DNA of 64,000 nt from an uncultured Pseudomonadota bacterium. Its GTDB lineage: Bacteria > Pseudomonadota > Gammaproteobacteria > Burkholderiales > SG8-39. The stretch spans positions 25,730 through 89,729 of the forward strand of contig CAIKRR010000030.1 of NCBI GenBank assembly GCA_903829815.1, written 5' to 3'. The stretch's first letter is position 1; every line of letters begins with the position of its first letter. This document shows, piece after piece, positions 9,016-18,639 of the stretch. The notes below the pieces were generated by a model. That model was not told the DNA's origin. It made no database searches and saw nothing but the letters and a program-made list of their open reading frames with translations. The position numbers and the translations under genes are program-made.

Positions 9016-10065
9016 ATGAATCCGGCCCGCCTGCCCGGTCTTTTCCGCCAGCAATTCGAGATGTCGGCCGTGAAGAAGGGAGAAACCATTGCGGTGGTCT
9101 CCGACCTGGGGACCCGGCGCGAGTACGTGCAGGCCTCGTTCGCCGCCGCTGACGACCTGGGTGCCGACATCTACGAGATGTGCGTCAACTCGATCCCTTC
9201 CTGGACCAAGGTGGGGGTGCCGACCATCGGGCAGTGCAAGGGCACGCTCGAGGCGCTTTGCCAGGTCGATCTCATCGTCATCTTCCATGTGCCGCTCTTT
9301 GCAAGCTGGCTGCGCGCCGTGATGCAGCGCGGCGTGCGAGTGCTGATGATCATCGACGCGCCCGATGACCTCGAGCAACTGATGTCGCCACCCGGATTGA
9401 AAGAAGCCCTCAAGTACGCCAACGCACTCTACAAGGCCACGCGCCAGGTGCGGGTGACCAGCCGTGCCGGTACCGACTTCACCTACGATTGCGGCGAATA
9501 CCCGACGATGATCCAGTGGGGCTACGCCGATGAGCCCGGGCACTTCGATCACTGGGGTGCGGGCCACATCCACACCTTTCCGAACGAAGGCAGCGCCAGC
9601 GGTACCGTCGTGATCTCACCCGGTGACATCGTGATCCTGCCCTACTGCCGCTACGTGCAGGACCCGATCAGGCTCGAGGTGCGCGAGGGCCATGTCGTAT
9701 CGATCGAGGGCGGACTTGACGCAAAGCTGATGCGCGACTGGCTCGAGGATGGCAAGGTCGACGAGCATGATCGCGACCCCTACGCGCTGTCGCATCTGGG
9801 CTGGGGCATGAACCCGCAGGCGCGCTGGAACTGGCTCGGGCTGACCGGTGGTGAACCCGAACGCAACCGTGCTGCGGCGCGCGTCTTCCCGGGCAACTTC
9901 CTTTTCAGTACCGGCCCCAACACCCAAGGCGGTGGCAAGCGCACCACCCGTGGCCATTACGATGTGCCGATGCGCGATTGCACCGTAGCACTCGACGGAC
10001 GCGTGGTGATCAATGAAGGCCGCATCGTCGATGAACGCATGCGCGTGGCTCGCGTACGACGCTGA
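9016..10065 (+). CDS. 2,5-dihydroxypyridine 5,6-dioxygenase-like protein (NicX family)
   Basis: It closely resembles NicX as I recall it: ADEPGHFDHW, NFLFSTGPNTQGGGKRTT, SHLGWGMNP and GHYDVPMRDC (H-x-D). The start is ambiguous. ATG 9016 fits homologue length, ATG 8986 has a GGAG upstream, and the ORF opens at 8938. Confidence 0.7.
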   Translation: MNPARLPGLFRQQFEMSAVKKGETIAVVSDLGTRREYVQASFAAADDLGADIYEMCVNSIPSWTKVGVPTIGQCKGTLEALCQVDLIVIFHVPLFASWLRAVMQRGVRVLMIIDAPDDLEQLMSPPGLKEALKYANALYKATRQVRVTSRAGTDFTYDCGEYPTMIQWGYADEPGHFDHWGAGHIHTFPNEGSASGTVVISPGDIVILPYCRYVQDPIRLEVREGHVVSIEGGLDAKLMRDWLEDGKVDEHDRDPYALSHLGWGMNPQARWNWLGLTGGEPERNRAAARVFPGNFLFSTGPNTQGGGKRTTRGHYDVPMRDCTVALDGRVVINEGRIVDERMRVARVRR

Positions 10066-10092
10066 GCGCACCGTCCTGACCAGGAATCCCAC

Positions 10093-11130
10093 ATGACCTT
10101 GACCGATGACGCCGATCGCCCCGATCGCGCACTGATCGACGCCCTCGAGGCGTCGAATTACCACCCGCTGTGGACCCGCTACCGGGCTATCACGCCGGTG
10201 AAACCAGCAGCACGCGACAATCCACGGCTTTGGCGCTGGCGCGATTTCGAACCCTTCGTCGAGCGGGCCGCACGCGAAGTACCAATTGAAGATATCGAGC
10301 GACGTGCCATCATCCTGGCGCACCCTGCGTTTGGCGGTGCCACCGTCACCACCGCCAACCTGATCGCAGCGTTCACCGTTCTCGAGCCGGGCGACCATGC
10401 AGTCCCGCATCGGCACACCACGGCGGCGATACGTTTTGGCACGCGGGCCGAGGGCGCGGTCACCCTGGTGAACGGCCGTCGCTGCGCCATGAATGCGGGC
10501 GACCTGGTGCTCACACCGCCCATGTGCTGGCATGGCCACATCAACGAAGGCCGCGAGCGAACCGTCTGGTTCGATGCCGCCAACATCCCCTTCATTTGCG
10601 GCCTCGATGCCAACTTCTTCGAGCCCGGCAGCCGCAGCGACACTGCCTTCTGGGATGTCGATGAAGGCGACGAGCGACTCTACAAGGCAAGCGGCCTGCA
10701 GGTGCTGCGCGACGAACCCCATGGCCTGCAAGGCCACTCACCCAAGTTCCACTATCCCGGCGAAGTGACCCGGCGCCTGCTCGATGCCATGCCGCGCGCA
10801 GCCGATGGCCAGCGCAGCCTGCGCTACACCAACCCCGACACCGGCGGCCCGGTGATGGCCACCCTGGACTGCCAGTACACCCGGCTCGCAGGCGGTGAGG
10901 CGACGCGTGCACGGCGCGCCACCCACAATGCCGTGTGCCTGGTGGTGTCAGGCGAGGGGCATTCGCAGATAGGGGCAGAACGCATCGAATGGCAGCAGCA
11001 CGATGTATTCACCGTGCCGCACTGGACGCTCGCCTCCCACACCGCTCGATCGGCCGAGGCCGACCTGTTCATCGTGTCCGACCGACCGGTGTTCGAAGCA
11101 CTGGGCTTGCTGCGGGTCGAGTTCGAGTAG
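10093..11130 (+). CDS. Gentisate 1,2-dioxygenase-family bicupin dioxygenase
   Basis: 345 aa. GDO-type block: HAVPHRHTTAAIRF...GDLVLTPPMCWHGHINEG...VWFDAANIPFICGLDANFFE. It starts 28 nt after the NicX-like gene. Confidence 0.75.
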   Translation: MTLTDDADRPDRALIDALEASNYHPLWTRYRAITPVKPAARDNPRLWRWRDFEPFVERAAREVPIEDIERRAIILAHPAFGGATVTTANLIAAFTVLEPGDHAVPHRHTTAAIRFGTRAEGAVTLVNGRRCAMNAGDLVLTPPMCWHGHINEGRERTVWFDAANIPFICGLDANFFEPGSRSDTAFWDVDEGDERLYKASGLQVLRDEPHGLQGHSPKFHYPGEVTRRLLDAMPRAADGQRSLRYTNPDTGGPVMATLDCQYTRLAGGEATRARRATHNAVCLVVSGEGHSQIGAERIEWQQHDVFTVPHWTLASHTARSAEADLFIVSDRPVFEALGLLRVEFE

Positions 11131-11141
11131 CCCCCGACCGA

Positions 11142-13412
11142 TCAACGCCGGCGACTCAGGGCGTAGGCCTGATCGCGACCCGCAAGATACGCGCGCGGCC
11201 AGGACACGTTGCTGGACCCTGCTTCAGCAGCCGCATGCAGGGTGAAGTACGGGTCTGCCAGATGCGGTCGGGCAAGGGCGCACAGATCGGCACGGCCGGC
11301 AGCGAGCAGCGTGTTGACCTGATCGATGCTGGTGATTGCACCCACTGCCATCGTCGCGATGCCGGTCTCGAGCCGGATCTGCTCGGCAAATCCCGCCTGA
11401 TACATGCGGCCGTAGACCGGGCGCGAGGCCGGGTCGGTCTGCCCGGTCGACACATCGACGAGGTCGCAGCCGTGTGCCTTGAGCATGCGGGCAATCTGCA
11501 CTGAATCGTCGCCAGTGATGCCGCCTGGCATCCAGTCGGTCGCCGAGATGCGGGCAGCCATTGGCCGCTCGGCAGGCCACAGGGCACGACAGGCATCGAA
11601 GATCTCGAGCGGAAAACGCATGCGCGCCTCGAGCGACCCGCCGTACTCATCGGTGCGCTTGTTGGTCACTGGCGAGATGAACGTGGCCAGCAGATAACCA
11701 TGGGCCATGTGCACCTCGATCATGTCGAAGCCGGCGTCGATGGCCATTTGGGTCGCGCGTTCGAAGTCGGCGCGTACCCGATCCATGTCGGCGCGGGTCA
11801 TCGCTGCGGGAACCTGCGATTCACCCGGCTTGTAGGGCAGCGGCGACGGCGCGAGCAAGGGCCAGTTGGCCTCGGGCAAGGGGCTGTCGATCGACTCCCA
11901 ACCCAGTTGGGTCGAGCCCTTGCGCCCCGCATGCCCCAGTTGCAGGCACAGTCGCGCGGCGCTCTGGGCATGCGCAAAGTCGCTTATCCGACGCCATGCC
12001 GCCACGTGCTCGGGGGTGTAGATACCGGCGCAGCCCGGGGTGATGCGGGCCTGGGCAGAAACAGCCGTCATCTCGGTGTAGACCAGGCCGGCACCGCCAA
12101 TGGCACGCGAGCCGTAATGCACCAGATGCCAGTCGCCAGCCACACCGTCAGTGGCCGAGTACTGGCACATCGGCGACACCACCACCCGGTTGGCCAATTG
12201 CAGGTCGCGCAAGCGCAAGGGGGCAAGAAAGGGCGGCGCCTTGAACCCGCTTGGCAGCACGATGCCCTGTTGCGCGGCCACGCTGCGGTTCCACCACTGT
12301 TCGACCTCGGCAACCACGCCAGGGTCGCGCAGACGCAGGTTCTCCCAGGTGATCTGCTTGGAGCGTGACAGCAGCGAGAAATTGAACTGCACCGGGTCCA
12401 TCGCCCAGTACCGTTCCATGTGTTCGAACCAGCCCAGACTGGTATCGGCCGAGTGCTGGATCTTCTCGACTTCGGGCCGCCGCGCCACCTCGTAGTTGGC
12501 CAGGGCGCGCGGCAGGTTGTCGGGCGATTCGCTCACCGCCTTGTGCAGCGCGATCACATCTTCCATCGCAAGCTTGGTGCCCGAGCCGATCGAGAAGTGG
12601 GCGGTATGCGCGGCATCACCGACCAGCACGGTGTTCTCGTGGCTCCAGTGTTCACAGTGGATGTTCGGAAAGTTTCGCCAATGCGAGCGATTGACCAGCA
12701 GACGGTGACCGCGCAGTTCCTCGGCAAACAGGCGCTCGCAATAGCGAGCCGTGGCTTGCTCATCGGTTACAGCGAGCCCCGAACGACGGAAGGTCTCGTC
12801 ACTGGTCTCGAGAATCACGGTGCACTGGCCACGCGTGAACTGGTACGCGTGAATGGCCCACAACCCGGCTTCATCCTCCTTGAAGGCAAACGTGAAGCCG
12901 GGCAGCGGCGTTTCGGCACCCAGCCAACAGAACTTGTTGGGGCGCATCTCGATCACCGGCCGGAAATGCGCCTTCCAGGCCTCGCGCACCGGGCTGTTGA
13001 CCCCGTCGGCCGCCACCACCAGGTCGGCATCGCGATGACTCTCGATGCCCGGGTCACGGGTCTGGTAGCGGATGTCCACGCCCAGGCTCGCCGCACGACG
13101 CTGCAGGATCTCGAGCAAGGTCAGACGCTTCAGGCCGGAAAAGCCATGCCCCGAGGAGCGCAGAACCTGCCCCTTGAAGTGGGTGTAGATGTCGTCCCAG
13201 TAGGCAAAATTGGCCGCGATCTCGGCATGACTCTCCTCATCGGCCAGTTGCAGGCGACCCAGCGTCTCGTCGGAGAGCACGATGCCGAAGCCGAACGTGT
13301 CGTCGGGCTTGTTCTGCTCGAACACGGTGACCTTGGCCTGGGGTATCGACTTGCTCACCAGTATCGAGAAATAGAGCCCCGCGGGCCCACCACCAATGAC
13401 ATCGATCTTCAT
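11142..13412 (-). CDS. Bifunctional aryl-CoA hydroxylase/reductase (N-terminal FAD monooxygenase fused to C-terminal Old-Yellow-Enzyme NADH:flavin oxidoreductase; salicylyl-CoA 5-hydroxylase / 2-aminobenzoyl-CoA monooxygenase-reductase type)
   Basis: The start ATG 13410-13412 ([14 protein letters not shown], dinucleotide-binding motif) is preceded by AAGGAG. The C-terminal half has an OYE pattern ([10 protein letters not shown]..., [11 protein letters not shown]). About 756 aa. Confidence 0.8.
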   Translation of the reverse strand: MKIDVIGGGPAGLYFSILVSKSIPQAKVTVFEQNKPDDTFGFGIVLSDETLGRLQLADEESHAEIAANFAYWDDIYTHFKGQVLRSSGHGFSGLKRLTLLEILQRRAASLGVDIRYQTRDPGIESHRDADLVVAADGVNSPVREAWKAHFRPVIEMRPNKFCWLGAETPLPGFTFAFKEDEAGLWAIHAYQFTRGQCTVILETSDETFRRSGLAVTDEQATARYCERLFAEELRGHRLLVNRSHWRNFPNIHCEHWSHENTVLVGDAAHTAHFSIGSGTKLAMEDVIALHKAVSESPDNLPRALANYEVARRPEVEKIQHSADTSLGWFEHMERYWAMDPVQFNFSLLSRSKQITWENLRLRDPGVVAEVEQWWNRSVAAQQGIVLPSGFKAPPFLAPLRLRDLQLANRVVVSPMCQYSATDGVAGDWHLVHYGSRAIGGAGLVYTEMTAVSAQARITPGCAGIYTPEHVAAWRRISDFAHAQSAARLCLQLGHAGRKGSTQLGWESIDSPLPEANWPLLAPSPLPYKPGESQVPAAMTRADMDRVRADFERATQMAIDAGFDMIEVHMAHGYLLATFISPVTNKRTDEYGGSLEARMRFPLEIFDACRALWPAERPMAARISATDWMPGGITGDDSVQIARMLKAHGCDLVDVSTGQTDPASRPVYGRMYQAGFAEQIRLETGIATMAVGAITSIDQVNTLLAAGRADLCALARPHLADPYFTLHAAAEAGSSNVSWPRAYLAGRDQAYALSRRR

Positions 13413-13508
13413 GTTCGAACTCCTTGCGCCAGCATGCTGCAGCCCTTGATCGCTCAAGTCAGCCCGAGGTGCAATGCCCGGAGGGCAGGCGCAGGCGACT
13501 GCCTGATC

Positions 13509-13537
13509 AATATAATTTACCGTGTATATTACGTCAA
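13509..13537 (-). promoter_or_regulatory. Putative sigma70 promoter of the hydroxylase gene (-35 TTGACG, 17-nt spacer, -10 TATATT) overlapped by the inverted repeat AATATA-N10-TATATT
   Basis: Read on the minus strand: TTGACG (13537-13532), 17 nt, TATATT (13514-13509). This is the most AT-rich stretch of the marR/hydroxylase divergent intergenic region. The inverted-repeat arms are at 13509-13514 and 13525-13530. Confidence 0.5.
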
Positions 13538-13561
13538 TAATTCCATCGATTCGAGACGACC

Positions 13562-14092
13562 ATGAGTCAGAGCCAAGTCGAACGCGTCCCCCCGCATCTG
13601 GCGGCATCCGCCGAGGAACTGACGGTGACTGACTTCGAGCAGTCGCTCATCTGTGCAGCCGAGGCGTTCTACCGCTGCATCGGCTTGCTGCTCGGGCCAG
13701 CGGCGCGCGAGCACCGGCTCTCGGGCGAGGACAACGTGATCCTGCAGCAACTCATGGCCTCACCCCACCCGCGCAACCTGACCGATCTCGCACGATTTGC
13801 CAATCGCGACGACACAGCCAACATCCAGTACAGCCTGCGCAAGCTGATCACGGCGCAACTGGTCGAGAAGGCTCCGGGGTCGACCAATCGCGATTCACGC
13901 TATCAGGTCACCGCCCGCGGTCGAGCCCTCACCGAAGAATTTCTGGCGCGCCGCCGCGCACTGGTGATGGAGCCCGCGCGTCAGATGCGCGATGCCGATA
14001 CCCACTTGCAGGCAGCGATTCGCGCTCTCAACATGATGGCTGGCATCTATGATCAGGGCACGCGAAGCATCACCGCCCGCGAAGATCGCTGA
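13562..14092 (+). CDS. MarR-family winged-helix transcriptional regulator
   Basis: 176 aa with a wHTH-like segment ([31 protein letters not shown]...[11 protein letters not shown]). It is divergent from the hydroxylase gene. Confidence 0.7.
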   Translation: MSQSQVERVPPHLAASAEELTVTDFEQSLICAAEAFYRCIGLLLGPAAREHRLSGEDNVILQQLMASPHPRNLTDLARFANRDDTANIQYSLRKLITAQLVEKAPGSTNRDSRYQVTARGRALTEEFLARRRALVMEPARQMRDADTHLQAAIRALNMMAGIYDQGTRSITAREDR

Positions 14093-14147
14093 TCGCTCTC
14101 GGGCTGATGAGTCGCCACCACCTGCCCGAGGCGCAACCACTGACCGG

Positions 14148-15878
14148 ATGACTGGCCGCATGGATCAAGACAAGAAGACTGCCGCTGCCCTGCCACTGCG
14201 CTCGCGCCTCACCGTCGAGGGTATGGATCGCACACCCCATCGTACCTTTCTGCGTGCCATGGGGCTGGATGACGAAGCCATCGCGCGGCCCTTCGTCGGC
14301 GTGGTGAGCACCCAAGGCGAGAACACACCCTGCTCACTGGGCCTGAGGCCGCAGGCCGAGGCGGCCAAGACCGGGGTCGTGATGGGCGGAGGCTGGCCGT
14401 TTGAATTCACCACGGTCTCGGTATCCGATGGCGTTTCGATGAACCACCGCGGCATGCGCATGAGCCTGGTCTCGCGCGAACTCATCGCCGACTCGGTCGA
14501 GGCCGTGGTGCGAGGCCACGCCTATGACGCGCTGGTGGGCTTTGCCGGCTGCGACAAGACCCTGCCCGGCTTGCTGATGGCCATGGTTCGCCTGAACTGC
14601 CCCAGCGTCTTCATGTATGGCGGGGCGATGCTGCCCGGCCAGTGGCGCGGCGCGCCAGTGAGCACGGTCAACGCCTACGAAGGCGTTGGCGCCGTGCTGG
14701 CAGGCACCATGAGCGAGGACGATCTGGCCAGCCTCGAGCGCGCCTGTTCACCGACTGCCGGCTCCTGCCCCGGACAGTTCACCGCCAACACGATGGCCAT
14801 GGTGTCGGAAACGCTCGGGCTCGCACTGCCGGGCACCGCCATGATGCCCTCGGTCTACACCGAGCGGCTCTCGCTTGCACGCGCCAGCGGACAGGCGGTG
14901 ATGCGCATCCTCAACGGCCAGGGGCCTCTGCCTCGCGACCTGGTCACACGCAAGAGCCTGGAAAATGCCTGCGCAGCCGTGGCCGCCACGGGTGGCTCCA
15001 CCAATGCCGGACTGCATCTGCCAGCCATCGCCCACGAAGCCGGCATCCGCTTCACCCTGGATGACGTGGCCGAAGTGTTTCATCGCACCCCGCTCATCGC
15101 CGACCTGCAGCCCGGGGGTCGCTTCCTGGCGCGCGACCTGCACTACGCCGGTGGTGTGAGCGCAGTTCTGAAATCACTGGCAGACGGCGGCTATCTGCAT
15201 GCAGATACCCTTACCCTGTCCGGTGGCACGCTGGGCGAGAGCTTGGGCTCGCTGGGAGCGCTCGACGGTCTGGTCGTGCGGGCCACCACTGCAGCGCTTC
15301 ACCCAAGCGGTGGCGTCGTCGTCCTCAAGGGCAATCTCGCGCCGCAGGGCGCCCTGGTGAAGATAGCCGGGCTGAAAACCCTCGCCTTCGAGGGTCCGGC
15401 ACGCGTGTTCGACTGCGAGGAAGACTGCACGGCAGCGGTTCGTGCGCGCGATTACAAGGCGGGCGACGTGCTGATCATCCGTAACGAAGGGCCGGTTGGC
15501 GGCCCCGGCATGCGCGAGATGCTGGGCACGACCGCCCTCATCTACGGCCAGGGCATGGGCGAGCAGGTCGCGCTCATCACCGACGGCCGGTTCTCGGGGG
15601 CAACGCGAGGCCTGTGCATCGGCTACACCGGACCTGAAGCGGCCGCAGGCGGCCCGATTGCGCTGGTGCAAGCGGGTGATCGCATCCGTATCGACTGCGA
15701 GCGTGCAAGCCTCGATCTACTCGTTTCCGCAGAAGAACTCGAGCGCCGGCGTACGGCCTGGCGCCCCGAGCGACGCGAACGTCTGGCCGGGGTACTCGAG
15801 AAATACGCGCGCCTGGTGGGTCCGGCTCACCTGGGGGCCGTCACCCACAGCGGCAACATGGACTGGCCCGCGGGCTGA
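14148..15878 (+). CDS. IlvD/Edd-family dehydratase (dihydroxy-acid or sugar-acid dehydratase)
   Basis: Family blocks are [35 protein letters not shown] and [12 protein letters not shown]. The start is ambiguous (ATG 14148 or 14160). The ORF opening at 14049 would overlap marR. Confidence 0.8.
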   Translation: MTGRMDQDKKTAAALPLRSRLTVEGMDRTPHRTFLRAMGLDDEAIARPFVGVVSTQGENTPCSLGLRPQAEAAKTGVVMGGGWPFEFTTVSVSDGVSMNHRGMRMSLVSRELIADSVEAVVRGHAYDALVGFAGCDKTLPGLLMAMVRLNCPSVFMYGGAMLPGQWRGAPVSTVNAYEGVGAVLAGTMSEDDLASLERACSPTAGSCPGQFTANTMAMVSETLGLALPGTAMMPSVYTERLSLARASGQAVMRILNGQGPLPRDLVTRKSLENACAAVAATGGSTNAGLHLPAIAHEAGIRFTLDDVAEVFHRTPLIADLQPGGRFLARDLHYAGGVSAVLKSLADGGYLHADTLTLSGGTLGESLGSLGALDGLVVRATTAALHPSGGVVVLKGNLAPQGALVKIAGLKTLAFEGPARVFDCEEDCTAAVRARDYKAGDVLIIRNEGPVGGPGMREMLGTTALIYGQGMGEQVALITDGRFSGATRGLCIGYTGPEAAAGGPIALVQAGDRIRIDCERASLDLLVSAEELERRRTAWRPERRERLAGVLEKYARLVGPAHLGAVTHSGNMDWPAG

Positions 15879-15958
15879 TTTGGCTACAATCGCCCCCTTC
15901 GGGCACACACGATCGGGCCGGCCTGCAACCGGCCCTCACCAGAGCAGGCACAGCACGC

Positions 15959-16879
15959 ATGTCAGGTCTCTTCCTCTTCGAGCAGGCGCTGAACGGACTG
16001 CAGTTCGGGCTCATGCTCTTCCTGCTGGCCGCAGGCCTTACGCTCGTGTTCGGCATCATGGATACGATCAACCTCGCCCACGGATCGCTCTACATGCTGG
16101 GGGCCTACATGACGGCCACCCTGGCGCAGGCAACCGGCTCCTTCGTAGTCGCAGTCCCGCTGGCACTGGTCGCAACGGCCGCGATCGGCATGCTGCTCGA
16201 ACTCGCTGTGCTGCGTCGCCTCTATACCCGCGATCACATGTCGCAGGTGCTGGCCACCTTCGCGCTGATCCTCATCGCCAATGACAGCGTTCGCATGATC
16301 TGGGGGCCACAGCCCATTTCGCTCAATCCGCCGGCAGCACTCGCCGGACCGATCGATCTCTTTCCCGGCATGAGCTACTCATCCTACCGGCTTGCCATCA
16401 TCGTGGTGGGGCTGGCAGTGGCTGCACTGCTCTACCTGCTGGTCACCCGCACTCGCACCGGCATGCTGGTGCGGGCCGGCGCATCCAACCGCGAGATGGC
16501 CACCGCCATGGGCACCAACATCAAGGTGCTCTTCACCTGCGTGTTCGGCTTCGGTGCGGCGCTGTGTGCCCTGGCCGGCGCCATGCTCGGTCCCATCCTG
16601 GCGGTGCAGGTGGGAATGGGCGAGGACATCCTCATTCTGGCCTTCGTGGTCATCGTGATTGGTGGCATCGGATCGATCCGCGGCGCGCTGGTAGGCTCGC
16701 TGCTGGTCGGTCTGGTCGATACGCTCGGACGCACCTTTCTGCCGATGATCCTGCGCGAGACCTTCTCGCCGCAGGTGGCCTCCAACGCGGGGCCAGCCCT
16801 CGCATCCATCCTCATCTATGTGCTCATGGCGGCGGTCCTCTTCTGGAAGCCCCAGGGCCTGTTTCCGGCGCGAGGCTGA
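15959..16879 (+). CDS. Branched-chain amino acid-type ABC transporter permease (LivH family)
   Basis: 306-aa polytopic membrane protein with N-terminal ...NGLQFGLMLFLLAAGLTLVFG...INLAHGSLYMLGAY, typical of LivH. Confidence 0.85.
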   Translation: MSGLFLFEQALNGLQFGLMLFLLAAGLTLVFGIMDTINLAHGSLYMLGAYMTATLAQATGSFVVAVPLALVATAAIGMLLELAVLRRLYTRDHMSQVLATFALILIANDSVRMIWGPQPISLNPPAALAGPIDLFPGMSYSSYRLAIIVVGLAVAALLYLLVTRTRTGMLVRAGASNREMATAMGTNIKVLFTCVFGFGAALCALAGAMLGPILAVQVGMGEDILILAFVVIVIGGIGSIRGALVGSLLVGLVDTLGRTFLPMILRETFSPQVASNAGPALASILIYVLMAAVLFWKPQGLFPARG

Positions 16880-16882
16880 CCC

Positions 16883-17827
16883 ATGCAACGTGCACTCACT
16901 CTGGCCGCGCTCGCCCTGGCGATCGCCTTTCCCATCGTGGCAGCCCCACTTGACCTGGACTTCTACATCGGCTTTGCGAGCCGCGTGATGATCTACGCGA
17001 TAGCCGCCACCAGCCTCAACCTGATTCTGGGCTACGGTGGCATGGTGAGTTTCGGCCACGCCGCTTTCTTTGGCACCGGGGCCTATGTGGTGGCCATTGC
17101 GATGACCCATGGCATCGACAGCCTCTGGGCGAGTTGGCCACTGGCCATGGCGGTGTCGGGCGTGGTGGCGCTGGGCATCGGTGCGATCTCGCTGCGCACC
17201 CGCGGCGTCTACTTCATCATGATCACCCTTGCCTTCGCGCAGATGATGTTCTTCGTGTTCATCGGCCTCAAGGCCTATGGCGGTGAAGAAGGGCTCAACA
17301 TGCCGTACCGCTCGCTCATCGGGTTGGGCCTCAACCTGAAGGACGATGCGACCTTCTACTACGTGGTACTGGCCCTGCTCACAGCCACCGTGTACCTGCT
17401 GCGCCGACTCATCGATTCGCGCTTCGGACGTGTGGTGCAGGCCATCCGCGAAAACGAGGCTCGCATGGAGACGATCGGGTTTTCGACCTACCGCTACAAG
17501 CTCATCTGCTTCGTCATCGCCGGCATGGTGTGCGGTCTGGCCGGTGCGCTCATCGCCAACCAGACCCGGTATGTGAACCCCAACCTGATGCACTGGATCG
17601 TGTCAGGCGACATGATGATCATGATCATCCTGGGCGGACTGGGCTATCGCTTCGGTGGCGTGCTCGGGGCCATCGTGATGCTGGTTCTGGACGAAGCCAT
17701 CTCGCCCTACACCACCTACTCGAAGATCGTGATCGGGTTCGTGCTCCTGGCCGTGGTGCTTTTTGCGCCGCGCGGGCTGGCCGGGCTCTTCGATCGCAAG
17801 GCCGCGCGCGCCGCCGGGAGCCACTGA
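16883..17827 (+). CDS. Branched-chain amino acid-type ABC transporter permease (LivM family)
   Basis: 314-aa polytopic protein with LNLILGYGGMVSFGHAAFFGTGAY. It starts 4 nt after the LivH-like stop. Confidence 0.85.
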   Translation: MQRALTLAALALAIAFPIVAAPLDLDFYIGFASRVMIYAIAATSLNLILGYGGMVSFGHAAFFGTGAYVVAIAMTHGIDSLWASWPLAMAVSGVVALGIGAISLRTRGVYFIMITLAFAQMMFFVFIGLKAYGGEEGLNMPYRSLIGLGLNLKDDATFYYVVLALLTATVYLLRRLIDSRFGRVVQAIRENEARMETIGFSTYRYKLICFVIAGMVCGLAGALIANQTRYVNPNLMHWIVSGDMMIMIILGGLGYRFGGVLGAIVMLVLDEAISPYTTYSKIVIGFVLLAVVLFAPRGLAGLFDRKAARAAGSH

Positions 17828-18639
17828 TGAACCAGACTCACACGACGCACCCGCAGCCGCGGCAGGGTTCAGCGCCTGTGCTCGAAGTGCGCGCGCTCTC
17901 CAAGCGCTTTGGTGGCCTGGTGGCTACCGATCAGGTGAGCCTTGACGTGCGCGTGGGCGAAGTGCATGCGCTGATCGGACCCAATGGCGCCGGCAAGACA
18001 ACGCTGGTTCACCAGCTCTCTGGCACGCTGGCACCGGATGCAGGGCAGATCGTCTTTCGGGGCAACGACATCACCCGGCTGCCGGCGCACGCACGGGTGC
18101 TGCGGGGCCTGGTGCGCTCCTACCAGATCACGAGCATCTTCCGGCAGCACAGCGTGCTCGACAACGTGGCGCTGGCCGTGCAGGCACGATCGGGCTCGAG
18201 TTTCAGGTTCTGGCACGCGGTACGCAATGAGCAGACGCTCTTTGACGAAGCCCGTACCATCGTTGCCCGCGTGGGCCTTGCCGATCGAGCCGATGTACTG
18301 GCCGCCAACCTGGCTCATGGCGAACAACGACAACTCGAAGTCGGGCTGGCCGTAGCGACCCGCCCGGCCATGCTCCTGCTCGACGAGCCGATGGCCGGCA
18401 TGGGGCCCGAGGAGTCCGAGCGCCTCATACCGCTCATTGACGGATTGCGCCAGGAGGTGTCGATTCTCCTCATCGAGCACGACATGGACGCGGTATTCCG
18501 GCTGGCCGATCGTATCTCCGTACTGGTGTCAGGCCGGGTCATCGCAACCGGCACGCCCGAGGAGATACGGGCCAACGCTGATGTGAAGCGCGCCTACCTG
18601 GGCGACGAACTCGAGAGCGCGACAGGAGGGCAGGCATGA
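17827..18639 (+). CDS. ABC transporter ATP-binding protein (LivG family)
   Basis: The start ATG 17827 overlaps the LivM stop. It has Walker A GPNGAGKTT, signature LAHGEQRQLEV and Walker B LLLLDEP. Confidence 0.85.
   Translation: MNQTHTTHPQPRQGSAPVLEVRALSKRFGGLVATDQVSLDVRVGEVHALIGPNGAGKTTLVHQLSGTLAPDAGQIVFRGNDITRLPAHARVLRGLVRSYQITSIFRQHSVLDNVALAVQARSGSSFRFWHAVRNEQTLFDEARTIVARVGLADRADVLAANLAHGEQRQLEVGLAVATRPAMLLLDEPMAGMGPEESERLIPLIDGLRQEVSILLIEHDMDAVFRLADRISVLVSGRVIATGTPEEIRANADVKRAYLGDELESATGGQA

Noticed and set aside
15915-15935. GC-rich hairpin (GGGCCGG-N7-CCGGCCC) after the IlvD-family gene as a terminator.
   Set aside because: No U-run follows, and the liv-type permease gene starts 24 nt later on the same strand. 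It is more likely an intra-operon structure or a chance palindrome.
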